DNA of 64,000 nt from positions 23,064 to 87,063 of the forward strand of contig CAMVPS010000003.1 in assembly GCA_947169405.1 (NCBI GenBank), given 5' to 3'. This DNA is from an uncultured Bacteroidales bacterium. GTDB taxonomy: Bacteria > Bacteroidota > Bacteroidia > Bacteroidales > UBA932. Positions within the stretch are counted from its first letter, which is position 1, and each line of letters starts with the position of its first letter. Shown here in pieces: positions 29,778 through 40,254 of the stretch. The notes beneath the pieces are model-generated. The model was given only the letters and a program-made list of their open reading frames with translations. It was not told the DNA's origin and searched no databases. Position numbers and translations under genes: made by a program.

Positions 29778-32600
29778 ATGAAATTACGCAATATACTTAT
29801 AATCAGCCTGTTGGGATTCTGCGCGGCTCCGTTTGCCGCCCACGCCCAGATCGCGCTGCCCGACAAGAAGGCGCAGACGGTGGATTTGGGCTACGGCGTC
29901 GAGCAGTCTGAATTCCTGACGACGGCGGCGACCTACACCATCACCGCCGAAGAGCTGCGCCGCACCTCGGCCATCAGCCTCGCCGACGCGCTCTATGGCA
30001 AGCTCCTGGGCCTGAACGCCTTCCAGAACACCGGCTTCAAGGGTGAGGAAGGCCGCGGCGCGAGCTTCAACATCCGCGGCGCCCAGACCACCGGCGAGAC
30101 CGACATCCTCATCCTGGTCGACGGCCAGGAGCGTCCGATCGACCGCCTTTCCGTGGAGGAAGTGGAGAGCGTGACTGTCCTCCGCGACGCCGCCGCCGTG
30201 GCCCTGTACGGCCACGAAGGCATCAACGGCGTCCTCCTCGTGAAGACCAAGCGCGGCGTCGCCGACAGCGGTTTCCACATCAAGGTCGGCGCGTCCCGCA
30301 AGATCCAGTTCGACCCCTACAAGGCCCCGATGGTGGGCGAGTATGACTGCCTTCCTTCGATTGCGCGCGAACCCGCGCAGATGTATGCCTATGCGCTGAA
30401 CGTCGCCCGCGCGAACGACGGCCTCGCCGCCGCCTATTCCGCCGACGAGGTCCGGAAGTTCCGCGACGGCACCGACCCGTACGTGTACCCGGACATCGAC
30501 TGGAAGAACGAGGTGTTCAAGAACACCGCCAGCGAGACGAACGGATTCATCTCCATGTATGGCGGTTCCGACAAGGTGGAATACTACACCCAGCTCGACT
30601 ACACCGACGCCAGCGGCCTGTACAAGAACCCCGACCAGGGCGACTGGAACTCCCAGCTGCGCTACTCCAAGGCGAACATCCGCACGAACGTGGACTTCCA
30701 GGTGACCAGCACCACGAAGGTCCGCACGAACATCTTCGCCCTGTTCATGGAGACCAACGGCGTTCCGAACATCAACTCCAACGACGCCTGGTGGCATCTG
30801 TACAAGGTGCCGGCCCTCGCGTTCCCGATCAAGACCCTGGGCGACGTCTGGGGCGGCAGCCAGACCTACGGCGACTTCAACCTCGTCGCCAAGGCGACCG
30901 GCACCGGCTTCACCAAGACCCACCAGCGCCAGATCTGGGCCGACCTGACCCTCATCCAGGACCTCGACTTCATCCTGGAAGGCCTGAAGTTCTATGCCGG
31001 CGGCGCTTACGACAACGCCTCCAACACCATCGAGAACCGCCGCAAGGGGTACCAGTACGGCTGGAACTGGTATGACGCGAACAACGTCATGCAGGAGACC
31101 GTGATGGGCACCGTGGAGGACAAGCTCGTGTTCAACTACTATGTGGATTCCCAGTGGCGTGTGGGCACGGTCAATACCGGCTTCCAGTATGCGACCCAGT
31201 TCGGCAACGGCGACCACTTCTCCGCCAACGCGGGCTACAACATGAAGAGCGAGATCCGCGACGAACGGAGCCACACCTGGTACCGCGCCAACTGGACCCT
31301 CGCCACGCACTATGACCACGCCGACCGGTTCATGTGGGATCTCGTCCTCGCCGCGAACGGTTCCAACCGTTCCTACCCGGCCAAGTGGGCGTTCTCTCCG
31401 ACCACGGCCTTCGGTTTCATCTATGCCAACGCCCCCGAAGCGGACTTCCTGAACTACGGTAAGCTCCGCGTTTCCGCCGGTATCCAGCACACGGACTACG
31501 TTCCCGCGAACGGCCTGTGGCTCGACCGCTGGGACGCCTCCCACGGCCAGTTCTGGTATGGCGAGAAGTTCGGCAGCTCCTGGGGCGCCTTCATGACCCA
31601 GTTCCCGACCAAGGACTTCCGCCAGGAAGCGGCCTACAAGGCCAACCTCGGTACGGACCTGCGAATCGCGAACAGTCTCGACGTCACCGTCGACGCGTTC
31701 TATCAGCAGCGCCGGAACATCCTCGTGAGCGCAGGTTCCCTGAACTCCGAGGTCGTGGGCATCCAGTCCTCCTATGACGACAGGGGCCGCGTGGCCAGCT
31801 ACGGCGTGGAAGCCGGCCTGCGTTACGCGAAGACCTTCGCCAGCGGGCTCAGCCTCTTCGCCGGCGCCAACGGTTCCTTCGTGAAGAGCAAGGTCCTCGA
31901 GTGGATCGAGACCCCGGCTTACCCGAACCTCTCCGTCATCGGCACGCCCGCCGACGCCGCGCGCGGCCTCGTCTCCCTCGGCTTCTTCCAGAACCAGGCG
32001 GAGATCGAGTCCAGCCCGCTGCAGGAGTTCGGCCAGGTCAAGGTCGGTGACATCAAGTACAAGGATGTCAACGGAGACGGCGTCATCAACGAGAACGACG
32101 TCGTCGCGATGGATTGGGGTCAGGCCTTCCCGGCCCTGAACTACGGCTTCAACCTGGGCTTCGAATACAAGGGCTTCGGCATGAACGCCTACTTCCAGGG
32201 CGCCGCCCTCCAGACCAAGAACATCATGTATGTAGACGGTGTCTGGGGCGCCCTCTCCGACAACCGGGGCCTCTCTTCCGAGTACTACAACAACTGCTTC
32301 GACATCCTGGGCGCGGACGCCATCTATCCGCGCATGTCCACCACGAGCGTGGCCAACAACAACCGGGCTTCCACCACTTGGTTCCGCACGGTCCAGTGGC
32401 TCAAGCTGCGCGACTGCGAGGTCTACTACCGGATCCCCGCTTCCGTGCTCGGCCGCGTGAAGGTTTCGGATGCGAAACTGTTCGTCCAGGGCCAGAACCT
32501 GCTGTCCTTCGACAATGTCCCCGCCATGGATGCCGAGAACCTGAACACGGGCTATCCCGTGATGAAGGCGGTCAACATGGGCCTTTCTGTGATCTTCTAA
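29778..32600 (+). CDS. susC: SusC/RagA TonB-dependent transporter 2 (short N-terminus)
   Basis: LRDAAAVALYG..GINGVLLVKTKRG plug motif, GDIKYKDVNGDG, C-terminal GLSVIF. Confidence 0.92.
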   Translation: MKLRNILIISLLGFCAAPFAAHAQIALPDKKAQTVDLGYGVEQSEFLTTAATYTITAEELRRTSAISLADALYGKLLGLNAFQNTGFKGEEGRGASFNIRGAQTTGETDILILVDGQERPIDRLSVEEVESVTVLRDAAAVALYGHEGINGVLLVKTKRGVADSGFHIKVGASRKIQFDPYKAPMVGEYDCLPSIAREPAQMYAYALNVARANDGLAAAYSADEVRKFRDGTDPYVYPDIDWKNEVFKNTASETNGFISMYGGSDKVEYYTQLDYTDASGLYKNPDQGDWNSQLRYSKANIRTNVDFQVTSTTKVRTNIFALFMETNGVPNINSNDAWWHLYKVPALAFPIKTLGDVWGGSQTYGDFNLVAKATGTGFTKTHQRQIWADLTLIQDLDFILEGLKFYAGGAYDNASNTIENRRKGYQYGWNWYDANNVMQETVMGTVEDKLVFNYYVDSQWRVGTVNTGFQYATQFGNGDHFSANAGYNMKSEIRDERSHTWYRANWTLATHYDHADRFMWDLVLAANGSNRSYPAKWAFSPTTAFGFIYANAPEADFLNYGKLRVSAGIQHTDYVPANGLWLDRWDASHGQFWYGEKFGSSWGAFMTQFPTKDFRQEAAYKANLGTDLRIANSLDVTVDAFYQQRRNILVSAGSLNSEVVGIQSSYDDRGRVASYGVEAGLRYAKTFASGLSLFAGANGSFVKSKVLEWIETPAYPNLSVIGTPADAARGLVSLGFFQNQAEIESSPLQEFGQVKVGDIKYKDVNGDGVINENDVVAMDWGQAFPALNYGFNLGFEYKGFGMNAYFQGAALQTKNIMYVDGVWGALSDNRGLSSEYYNNCFDILGADAIYPRMSTTSVANNNRASTTWFRTVQWLKLRDCEVYYRIPASVLGRVKVSDAKLFVQGQNLLSFDNVPAMDAENLNTGYPVMKAVNMGLSVIF

Positions 32601-32612
32601 ACGGAACGCATT

Positions 32613-34289
32613 ATGAAACTTGATAGAATCTTCCTATTCATTCTCGCCTGCCTGATTCCGGCCGCGTGCGCGGACCTCGACTACAGTGAGGAGAACACCC
32701 GCGACGAGGAGTGGACCTACGAGTACTTCGAGAATGGTATCAAGAACATGGTCTTCGACCTGTATGCGCAAGTCTATAACAACGAGTTCGAGAACAATAG
32801 CGCCTACTTCCTCGCCGGCGCGACCGACGAGGCCATGTACGCGCTGGAGACCGGCGCCGTCAACAACTACGTGAACGGTGGCTGGAGCGCCGCGAACCCC
32901 TATTCCCGCACCTGGTCCAAGTGCTACACCGCCATCGCCGACGCGAACATGTTCCTCGAGAAGTTCGACCAGGCCGACATCACGGAGTGGCAGTACAACC
33001 CGGATTACCGCATCTGGGTCCAGCAGCTGGAACTCTTCCCGTATGAGGCGCGGTTCCTCCGGGCTTACTTCTACTTCGAGCTGTTGCGCTCCTACGGCGA
33101 CGTTCCGCTCGTGACCACGACCCTCACCAACGCGCAGGCCAACAGCGTCACCCGCACCCCGGCCGACCAGATCGTGAAGTTCATCGTCGACGAGATCGAC
33201 GAGATCGCCTCGCACCTGCCGGTCACCTACCAGACCGAGGTGAACAGCGAGATCGGCCGCGCGACCCGCGTCGCCGCCTACGCGCTGAAGGCCCGCACGC
33301 TGCTGTATGCGGCGTCCCCGCTCTTCAACACGTCGAACGACAAGTCCAAGTGGGCGAAGGCCGCCGAGGCCTGCAAGTTCATCCTGGACAACGCCGACGC
33401 CTGGGGCCTGAAGCTCAGCAACTACGGTTCCCTGTGGGGCCACGACGCGTTCTACAATCCGGAGCTCATCTTCGGCCTGGGCCGCGGCGATTTCAACTCC
33501 TTCGAAATGGCGAACTACCCGGTGGGCGTCGAGAACGGCTCTTCCGGCAACTGCCCGACGCAAAGCTTCGTGGACCAGTACGAGTATCAGGACAATGGCG
33601 AGACCTTCGCCCAGCGCTATCCCGGCAACATCGACCTCCGCACGGTCAATCCGTACGAGGGCCTGGACCCGCGCTTCGCGCTCACCGTCGTCCGCAACGG
33701 CGACGAATGGCCCACGAACGGCGCCCAGAAGAAGGCGATCGAGATCTTCCGGGGCGGTTTCAACGCGGCGCCCAAGTACGGCGCCACGCCCACCGGCTAC
33801 TACCTGAAGAAGTATGTGGACGGCGCCTGCGTCACGACTGCTGACAACCAGACCACCCGCCGTCATACGTGGATCCTCTTCCGCCTGGGCGAGTTCTACC
33901 TGGACTATGCCGAGGCCGTGTTCAACGCCACGGGCAGCGCGAACGACGCCACGTACGGCCTGACGGCCAACGAGGCCATCAACGTGCTCCGCAAGCGCGC
34001 GAGCGTCAACATGCCGGAGTTCACCGAGGACGGCGAAGCCTGGGTCGCGCGCTACGAGCGCGAGCGCATGGTGGAGCTCGCCTTCGAGAACCACCGCTTC
34101 TGGGACGTCCGCCGCTGGAAGAAGGGCCCGCAGTATTTCCGCACCATCCAGGTGGCCGAAATCAGCTCGTCCCTCCTGCTCACCCGCGCTACCGTCAACC
34201 GTCAGTGGGATGACAAGTACTACTTCTATCCCATTCCGATGTCTGAACTGAAGAAGAACGCCAACCTGGCCCAGAATCCGGGGTGGTGA
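32613..34289 (+). CDS. susD: SusD/RagB glycan-binding lipoprotein 2
   Basis: PAAC lipobox, EARFLRAYFYFELLRSYGDVP, ERMVELAFENHRFWDVRRW, QNPGW. Confidence 0.95.
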   Translation: MKLDRIFLFILACLIPAACADLDYSEENTRDEEWTYEYFENGIKNMVFDLYAQVYNNEFENNSAYFLAGATDEAMYALETGAVNNYVNGGWSAANPYSRTWSKCYTAIADANMFLEKFDQADITEWQYNPDYRIWVQQLELFPYEARFLRAYFYFELLRSYGDVPLVTTTLTNAQANSVTRTPADQIVKFIVDEIDEIASHLPVTYQTEVNSEIGRATRVAAYALKARTLLYAASPLFNTSNDKSKWAKAAEACKFILDNADAWGLKLSNYGSLWGHDAFYNPELIFGLGRGDFNSFEMANYPVGVENGSSGNCPTQSFVDQYEYQDNGETFAQRYPGNIDLRTVNPYEGLDPRFALTVVRNGDEWPTNGAQKKAIEIFRGGFNAAPKYGATPTGYYLKKYVDGACVTTADNQTTRRHTWILFRLGEFYLDYAEAVFNATGSANDATYGLTANEAINVLRKRASVNMPEFTEDGEAWVARYERERMVELAFENHRFWDVRRWKKGPQYFRTIQVAEISSSLLLTRATVNRQWDDKYYFYPIPMSELKKNANLAQNPGW

Positions 34290-34315
34290 AACGACAAGCA
34301 ATAAGGATTTAAGAT

Positions 34316-35653
34316 ATGAAGAAGATATTCAAATATTTCGGATTGATCCTGTCGATGTTCCTTGTCGGCGCCCTTGCGTCCTGTAACAAGGAAGGCGGCA
34401 GCGAATCGGCCGATCTGGGGCTGCACATCAAGGTGTTCTTCCCCACCAAGGTGGTCGCCGGCCAGCCGATGACCATCAACGGCTCCGGCTTCTCGGACGT
34501 GACCGAGGTCGTGTTCCCGGGCGGCGTCACCGTCGCCAAATCCGACTTCGAGCTCGTCAGCGACGAGATGATCCGTGTCAAGGCCCCGGCCGGCATCGCG
34601 GCCGACGGCGGCCCGCTCACCGTCCGCACCGCGGGCGAAGAAGCGGCTTCCGAGGTCTCGCTGAAGGTCGGTAACCCCGTCATTTCGGGCTTCTCCAAGC
34701 AGGCGGGCGAGTCCGTCGAGTTCGGCGAGGTCTTCTACATCTACGGCCAGGACCTGGAGTTCCTCTCCAGCGTCGAGCTGCTGGATGCCGAAGGCAATAC
34801 CAGCGTCATTCCCGAGTCCATGTTCTACCGCAAGGGCACCAGCACCGTGGGCTACAAGATCCCGATGAACACCTTCGAGGGAACCTTCCCCGGCAAGGTG
34901 AAATCCCTCGACGGCAAGACGTTCGACATCCCTGAGCTGACCTACGCCCCGCCGGCAGGCGGCGGCCACTGGGAGCAGAAGGAGTTCGTCCTCTTCGAAG
35001 GCGAGTCGGTGTTCGACGGCTGGAGCGCGACCCTCGTGATCGGGCCGGCGAAGTTCGTCGACGTGGTCGAGGGCGCTGTCATCCGCGTCTACTACAAGGA
35101 CAAGGGCAGCGACTATCTCCCGATCTTCAAGCACGTGGGCGACTGGAACGACTGGAGCGCGTTGCAGGACATCAAGAAGGAGTACGACGGCTTCTTCGAG
35201 ACCACCGTTCCGGCGGATGCCATCGACGAGCTCAAGTCCGACGGTCTCCGCTTCCAGGGTCTCGGATTCACCATCACCTCGGTGATCCTCTCCCAGAACA
35301 TGTGGATCGACGAAGGCGGCGAGGAACCGCAGAAGGAAGAGACCATCTGGGATACCGAGACGGTCTTCGACAGCTGGAGCGCGACCATCGTCATCGACGC
35401 GGCCAAGTTCGCGAAGGCCAAGGACGGAAATACCATCCGCGTCTTCATCAAGGACAAGGGCGACGACTACAACGCCATCTTCAAGCACGTGGGCGACTGG
35501 AACGACTGGACTGAGTTCCAGTCGATCAAGAAGGATACGGACGAATACTTCGAGTCCACGGTCACGGAGGCGGTCCTGGAGGAACTGCAGTCGGCCGGTC
35601 TCCGCTTCCAGGGTCTCGGCTTCACCATCGTCGAGGTCCATCTCATTCCCTAA
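34316..35653 (+). CDS. Surface glycan-binding lipoprotein (IPT/TIG domains plus two tandem CBM-like repeats)
   Basis: LASC lipobox; IPT-like TINGSGF and YIYGQDL; duplicated ~100-aa unit containing FKHVGDWNDW and GLRFQGLGFTI. Confidence 0.75.
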   Translation: MKKIFKYFGLILSMFLVGALASCNKEGGSESADLGLHIKVFFPTKVVAGQPMTINGSGFSDVTEVVFPGGVTVAKSDFELVSDEMIRVKAPAGIAADGGPLTVRTAGEEAASEVSLKVGNPVISGFSKQAGESVEFGEVFYIYGQDLEFLSSVELLDAEGNTSVIPESMFYRKGTSTVGYKIPMNTFEGTFPGKVKSLDGKTFDIPELTYAPPAGGGHWEQKEFVLFEGESVFDGWSATLVIGPAKFVDVVEGAVIRVYYKDKGSDYLPIFKHVGDWNDWSALQDIKKEYDGFFETTVPADAIDELKSDGLRFQGLGFTITSVILSQNMWIDEGGEEPQKEETIWDTETVFDSWSATIVIDAAKFAKAKDGNTIRVFIKDKGDDYNAIFKHVGDWNDWTEFQSIKKDTDEYFESTVTEAVLEELQSAGLRFQGLGFTIVEVHLIP

Positions 35654-35672
35654 TCCCTTTACACGCTGAGAT

Positions 35673-37463
35673 ATGAAACAGAACAGAATATGTTTCCTCG
35701 CTGCAGCCGCAGCGGTCCTGCTGGGGACCGCTGCCTGCAACAAGGTCAAGGAAAAGGAATTCGACCCGACCGACCCTGCGATCTACACCGTCACGGTGCA
35801 GCCGGACGGCTCGGTCTTCAAGGCGGAAGGGGAGGAATTCGTCTTCAATTTCAACGCGCCCGACTACTGGTTCGTCAGCAGCCCGGTCGACTGGCTCGAA
35901 TTCGAGCCGGAGTCCGGCAAGCCCGGCGACGTCACCCTGCGGGTGCGCGCCAAGCAGAACATCAAGGGCGAGCGCAACGCCCTGATCACCGTGAATGCCA
36001 AGAAGCAGCGCGGCAAGTTCTCGGTGAGCCAGGAAGCCTGGCCGTACTACCACGAGTGGGCCATGTACGGCACCATCGGCGGCGGCGCTTCCGCGCAGGA
36101 TCTCGCGATGGAGGACCAGAGCGAGCAGCTCGTCTGGAAGCGGGGCGGCATCCCGTACCACTTCGGCGAGACCTTCCAGTTCCGGATGACCGGCGACGAT
36201 TCCGTCGTCCTGGGCCTCGACGCCGGGCTGACCCTGAACCCTGACGGCACCTATACGGGCGCCCTCGTCAAGGGCGGCGACCCGGTCGCCTTCCCCATCG
36301 AAGGCTACTGGGACGTGACCCTGGACGTGGAGCACTGGACGATGACCGCCGAGCTGACGGGCCGGTATCCGTGGACCATGGTCGGCACCATCAACGGCGG
36401 CAGCTGGGACCAGGATGTCGACATGGGCGACATGGGCCGCCAGCTCGTCTGGGAAAGCACGAAGGTTCCTTTCCACAAGGGTGAGGAGTTCAAGTTCCGC
36501 CGGGAGAAGAACAATGCCGTGAACCTCGGTATCGACGGTGAGTTCGCGCCCGTGGAAGGCGAGACGGACACGTTCGTAGCCAACCTCAAGCAGGACGGCG
36601 ACAACATCGCACTCCCGCTCGAAGGTTACTGGACCCTGCGTCTGGACGTGGAGGCCGCGACCTTGACCGCCACCCGGACCGAGGAATTCCCGCGGGTGCA
36701 CGAAGGTGTGATCTGGGAGAGCGACGGAACCGGCGGTCCCGTCAGCTGGAGCAGCCAGTACCGGCTCGCCCTGGACGGCAAGGACGGAAACAACGAAGCC
36801 ATGGCTACGCTGCCCGAGGTGGTCTGGAATAAGCTCAAGACCCAGACTTGCTACCTGGTCGTCGAGGCGACGAATCCGCAGATCCGCATCACCACCGGCT
36901 GGTGGGGCGCGCAGTATGGATCCGACTTCATGCCCGGCAACGAGCGTCTCAAGGACAACGGCGACGGCACCTTCACGCTGAAGCTCGACCTGGCCGACGA
37001 TCCCGCTTTCGGGGAGGCCATCGATGTGCAGCACTTCCTCATCACGGGCGACCGGTTCACGCCGATCGGCATCTATCCGGAGAACACCTGGGAGAATGAC
37101 GGAACGCACGGGGCCATCGCCTGGTCCAGCCAGTACCGCTTCGGCCTGGAAGGACGGGACGGCAACAAGGAGTGCATCACGACCTTCCCGGAGACGATCT
37201 GGAACAAGCTCAAGGGCGAGACCTTCTACGTGGACGTGGAAGCGACGAATCCGCAGATCCGCATCACCACCGGCTGGTGGTCCACGGACTGGACGGGCGG
37301 CGACTTCATGCCCGGCAACGAGCGTCTCAAGGACAACGGTGACGGCACCTTCACGCTGACCGTCAATCTGACGGGCGATCCGATCCTGGATCTGGTGGAT
37401 GTGCAGCACCTCCTCCTGACGGGTGACCGCTACACGCCGCTGAGAATCCGCTGCAACTGGTAG
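35673..37463 (+). CDS. Surface lipoprotein: BACON-like domain, two SusE/F-like repeats, two further tandem repeats
   Basis: TAAC lipobox; DWLEFEPESG BACON-like segment; two GT.NG/EGYW units; two WSSQYR...ATNPQIRITTGWW...GDR units. Confidence 0.75.
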   Translation: MKQNRICFLAAAAAVLLGTAACNKVKEKEFDPTDPAIYTVTVQPDGSVFKAEGEEFVFNFNAPDYWFVSSPVDWLEFEPESGKPGDVTLRVRAKQNIKGERNALITVNAKKQRGKFSVSQEAWPYYHEWAMYGTIGGGASAQDLAMEDQSEQLVWKRGGIPYHFGETFQFRMTGDDSVVLGLDAGLTLNPDGTYTGALVKGGDPVAFPIEGYWDVTLDVEHWTMTAELTGRYPWTMVGTINGGSWDQDVDMGDMGRQLVWESTKVPFHKGEEFKFRREKNNAVNLGIDGEFAPVEGETDTFVANLKQDGDNIALPLEGYWTLRLDVEAATLTATRTEEFPRVHEGVIWESDGTGGPVSWSSQYRLALDGKDGNNEAMATLPEVVWNKLKTQTCYLVVEATNPQIRITTGWWGAQYGSDFMPGNERLKDNGDGTFTLKLDLADDPAFGEAIDVQHFLITGDRFTPIGIYPENTWENDGTHGAIAWSSQYRFGLEGRDGNKECITTFPETIWNKLKGETFYVDVEATNPQIRITTGWWSTDWTGGDFMPGNERLKDNGDGTFTLTVNLTGDPILDLVDVQHLLLTGDRYTPLRIRCNW

Positions 37464-37484
37464 CCACTCCGTACTGATTCAGTT

Positions 37485-37524
37485 GGCCGGCCCTTCGACA
37501 AGCTCAAGGGCCGGCCTTCTTTTT
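37485..37524 (+). terminator. Intrinsic terminator built from the CCCTTCGACAAGCTCA repeat family
   Basis: ggccggccctt-cgacaagctc-aagggccggcc followed by ttcttttt. Confidence 0.8.
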
Positions 37525-37583
37525 ATTGCTTATGCCACAACTATTTGTTATCTTTACCAAATAGAAAGACGGACTCCCTGATT

Positions 37584-40190
37584 ATGCGTAAATTCTTAAC
37601 CCTCTGCGTGGCCGCGACGGCGGCCCTCCTGCTGGCGAAGCCGGCCCAAGCCCAGACATTGACCCTGAACGACCTCGGGTATTTCGAGGCGCGCGGGACG
37701 AACGTGCTCGTGTACAACAACCTGTACAACGGCGGATTCTATGACGAGAAGTTCGCGGGGCTGGAGATCATCCAGCGCGGCGAGCGCCTCGCCACCGGCG
37801 GCGGCATCCGCCTGATGAACACCCCGGAACAGTGGGACATCTTCGGCGAAGTGTCCGACCGGATCGTGGACCGCGACGGCAACTTCGTCCAGGTCACGCT
37901 CACGCACACGGACTACGACTTCGCGGCGAAGTTCCGGGTGACCCCGAAAGACGGCGGCGTCCTGGTCCAGGTGATCCTGGACAAGCCCGTGCCGGAGAAG
38001 CTCGTGGGCAAGGCGGGGCTGAACCTGGAGTTCTTCCCGGCCTCGTACTTCGGCAAGAACTACCTCGTGGACGGCCTGGCGCGCATCCTTCCCAAGTATC
38101 CGATGCACGACACGGAGGTCCATCCGGTGTCGGAGAAGATCACGCAGTACTTCGGCGAGAGCACCTTCGACGACCGCGGCCGCGGCGACTTCCTCGTGGC
38201 GAAGCCGATGTCCGTCGGCCATCAGATCGTGATGGCGCCGGAGGACGAGGCGCTCCGCGTGAGCGTGCAGTCGGAGACGGAGATCGGCATCTATGACGGC
38301 CGTCACCTCGCGCAGAACGGGATGTTCGTGCTGCGCTCGCTCCTGCCCGGCGGCAAGACCGGCACGGTCGTGGAGTGGTACCTGGAGCCCAGCGTGTCCA
38401 ACAGCTGGATCCGGCCCGCGAACATCGGCTTCTCGCAGGTGGGCTATACGCCCGCGCAGAAGAAGGTGGCCGTGGTCGAGCTCGACCGCAATGACGTCCC
38501 CGCCCCCGAGGCCCGCATCCTGAAGGTGAACCCGGACGGCACCAAGACCACCGCGAAGACGGTTCCTGTCAAGGTCTGGGGCGTCTTCCACCACCGCTAC
38601 AACTACGTGCAGATCGACTTCTCCGACGTCCGCGAGCCCGGCCTGTACTGCATCGACTACCAGGGCGTGGTGACGAACGCGTTCCCGATCGACAAGGACA
38701 TCTACAGCGACAAGTGGCATCCGACAATGGACGTCTCCCTCGTCGTGAACATGGACCACATGGAGGTGAACGAGGCCTACCGGATCTGGCACGGGCGCGC
38801 GAACATGGACGACGCCCTGCAGGCGCCGGCGAATGTCCGCCTGCACGACGGCTATTTCCAAGGGGACGAAACAAACGACGCGTACAAGCCCCTCGAGCAC
38901 ATTCCCGGGCTCGCCGTGGGCGGCTGGTATGACGCCGGCGACTTCGACATCCAGGCGAACTCCGTGCTGAACACCACGCAGGACCTCGCCTACATCTGGC
39001 GGGAGTTCAAGCCGATGCGCGACCAGACCCTCATCGACCAGAAGACCCAGTATGCCGACATCCACGTCCCGGACGGCGTTCCGGACAATGTGGAGCTGAT
39101 CATGCACGGCACCCTGAACATCAACGCGCAGGTGGAGAACATCGGCTTCGTGGCGCAGGTCATCGGCCAGCCCGACATGCACCACTACCACCACCTCGGC
39201 GATGCGATGACGCTCACCGACGGCAAGATCTACGACCCGACGCTGAAGCCGTACGAGGTGCGCGGCGACCGTTCCGGCACGCTCGACGACCGCTTCGTGT
39301 TCACGAGCCGCTTCAGCGCCGCGGGCGTGATGCAGGACATCGTCTCGCTGGCGGCCGCCTATCCGGCCCTCAAGGACTACTATCCGGAGGAGGCCGAGCG
39401 CTCCCTGAAGAATGCGAAGATGCTGTGGGACAAGCACTTTGACGCGGCCGATCCGGCCAAGAACCCGGTCCAGGGCCGCTGGGGCGGCTTCGGCGGGGAT
39501 CCGCGCATCAACGCGGCCATCGAGCTCTGGATCGCGACGGGCGACAAGCAGTACAAGGATTTCTTCCTCCCGCTCATCGAGAAGCAGCTGGACGCCAAGC
39601 CCACGGGCCCGCGCGACGGCGGCAACGTGCAGAACGGCATGTTCTCCACCCAGTTCACCGGCGGTCCGAACCTCACTGCGGCGCTCAAGGTGTATCCGTA
39701 TATGGACAAGAAGTTCCAGGCCAAGGTTCGCGCCCTCGTCCCCGCCTATGTGGAGGTGATCACCCGCGGTGGCAAGGACAACCCGTACGGCGTGTCCATC
39801 GGCGGCTCCGGCTGGGCCGGCAACGCCTCCATCATCAACGGCGCCTACAACTGCTACCGCGTGTGGAAGTACTTCCCGGACCTGATCGATCCGGAGTATG
39901 TCCTCGCGGGCCTGAACTTCATCTTCGGCTGCCATCCTTACAGCAACGTCTCCTTCGTCACCTCCGTGGGCGTGAACACGAAGAAGGTCGCCTACGGCAA
40001 CAACCGCGCGGACTACGCCGTCATCCCCGGCGGCATCGTCCCCGGCCTGCTGGTGAAGGACGATTTCTTCGAGAACAAGGACGACTATCCGTTCCACTGG
40101 GGCGAGAACGAGTGCTGCATCAACACCGCTCCCCAGTACATCCTCCTCGTCCTCGCCGCCCAGGAGGTGGTGGAGGCGATGAACAAGTAG
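37584..40190 (+). CDS. GH9 glycoside hydrolase with N-terminal extension and Ig-like domain
   Basis: Signal peptide; SQVGY Ig-domain motif; GGWYDAGD catalytic bases; WGENECCIN catalytic acid region. Confidence 0.88.
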   Translation: MRKFLTLCVAATAALLLAKPAQAQTLTLNDLGYFEARGTNVLVYNNLYNGGFYDEKFAGLEIIQRGERLATGGGIRLMNTPEQWDIFGEVSDRIVDRDGNFVQVTLTHTDYDFAAKFRVTPKDGGVLVQVILDKPVPEKLVGKAGLNLEFFPASYFGKNYLVDGLARILPKYPMHDTEVHPVSEKITQYFGESTFDDRGRGDFLVAKPMSVGHQIVMAPEDEALRVSVQSETEIGIYDGRHLAQNGMFVLRSLLPGGKTGTVVEWYLEPSVSNSWIRPANIGFSQVGYTPAQKKVAVVELDRNDVPAPEARILKVNPDGTKTTAKTVPVKVWGVFHHRYNYVQIDFSDVREPGLYCIDYQGVVTNAFPIDKDIYSDKWHPTMDVSLVVNMDHMEVNEAYRIWHGRANMDDALQAPANVRLHDGYFQGDETNDAYKPLEHIPGLAVGGWYDAGDFDIQANSVLNTTQDLAYIWREFKPMRDQTLIDQKTQYADIHVPDGVPDNVELIMHGTLNINAQVENIGFVAQVIGQPDMHHYHHLGDAMTLTDGKIYDPTLKPYEVRGDRSGTLDDRFVFTSRFSAAGVMQDIVSLAAAYPALKDYYPEEAERSLKNAKMLWDKHFDAADPAKNPVQGRWGGFGGDPRINAAIELWIATGDKQYKDFFLPLIEKQLDAKPTGPRDGGNVQNGMFSTQFTGGPNLTAALKVYPYMDKKFQAKVRALVPAYVEVITRGGKDNPYGVSIGGSGWAGNASIINGAYNCYRVWKYFPDLIDPEYVLAGLNFIFGCHPYSNVSFVTSVGVNTKKVAYGNNRADYAVIPGGIVPGLLVKDDFFENKDDYPFHWGENECCINTAPQYILLVLAAQEVVEAMNK

Positions 40191-40254
40191 GGGAGTGGCC
40201 TGCTTTTTGCCCTGTATGTAAACGCAACTCATTGACATCAATTATTGGTACGCA

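Noticed and set aside
24578-29866. 1762-aa minus-strand ORF and other long antisense ORFs (e.g. 1657-3792, 37596-40241, 49451-51643, 61181-63850)
   Set aside because: Shadow frames of genes with very high GC3. They lie exactly opposite recognisable genes and carry no motifs.
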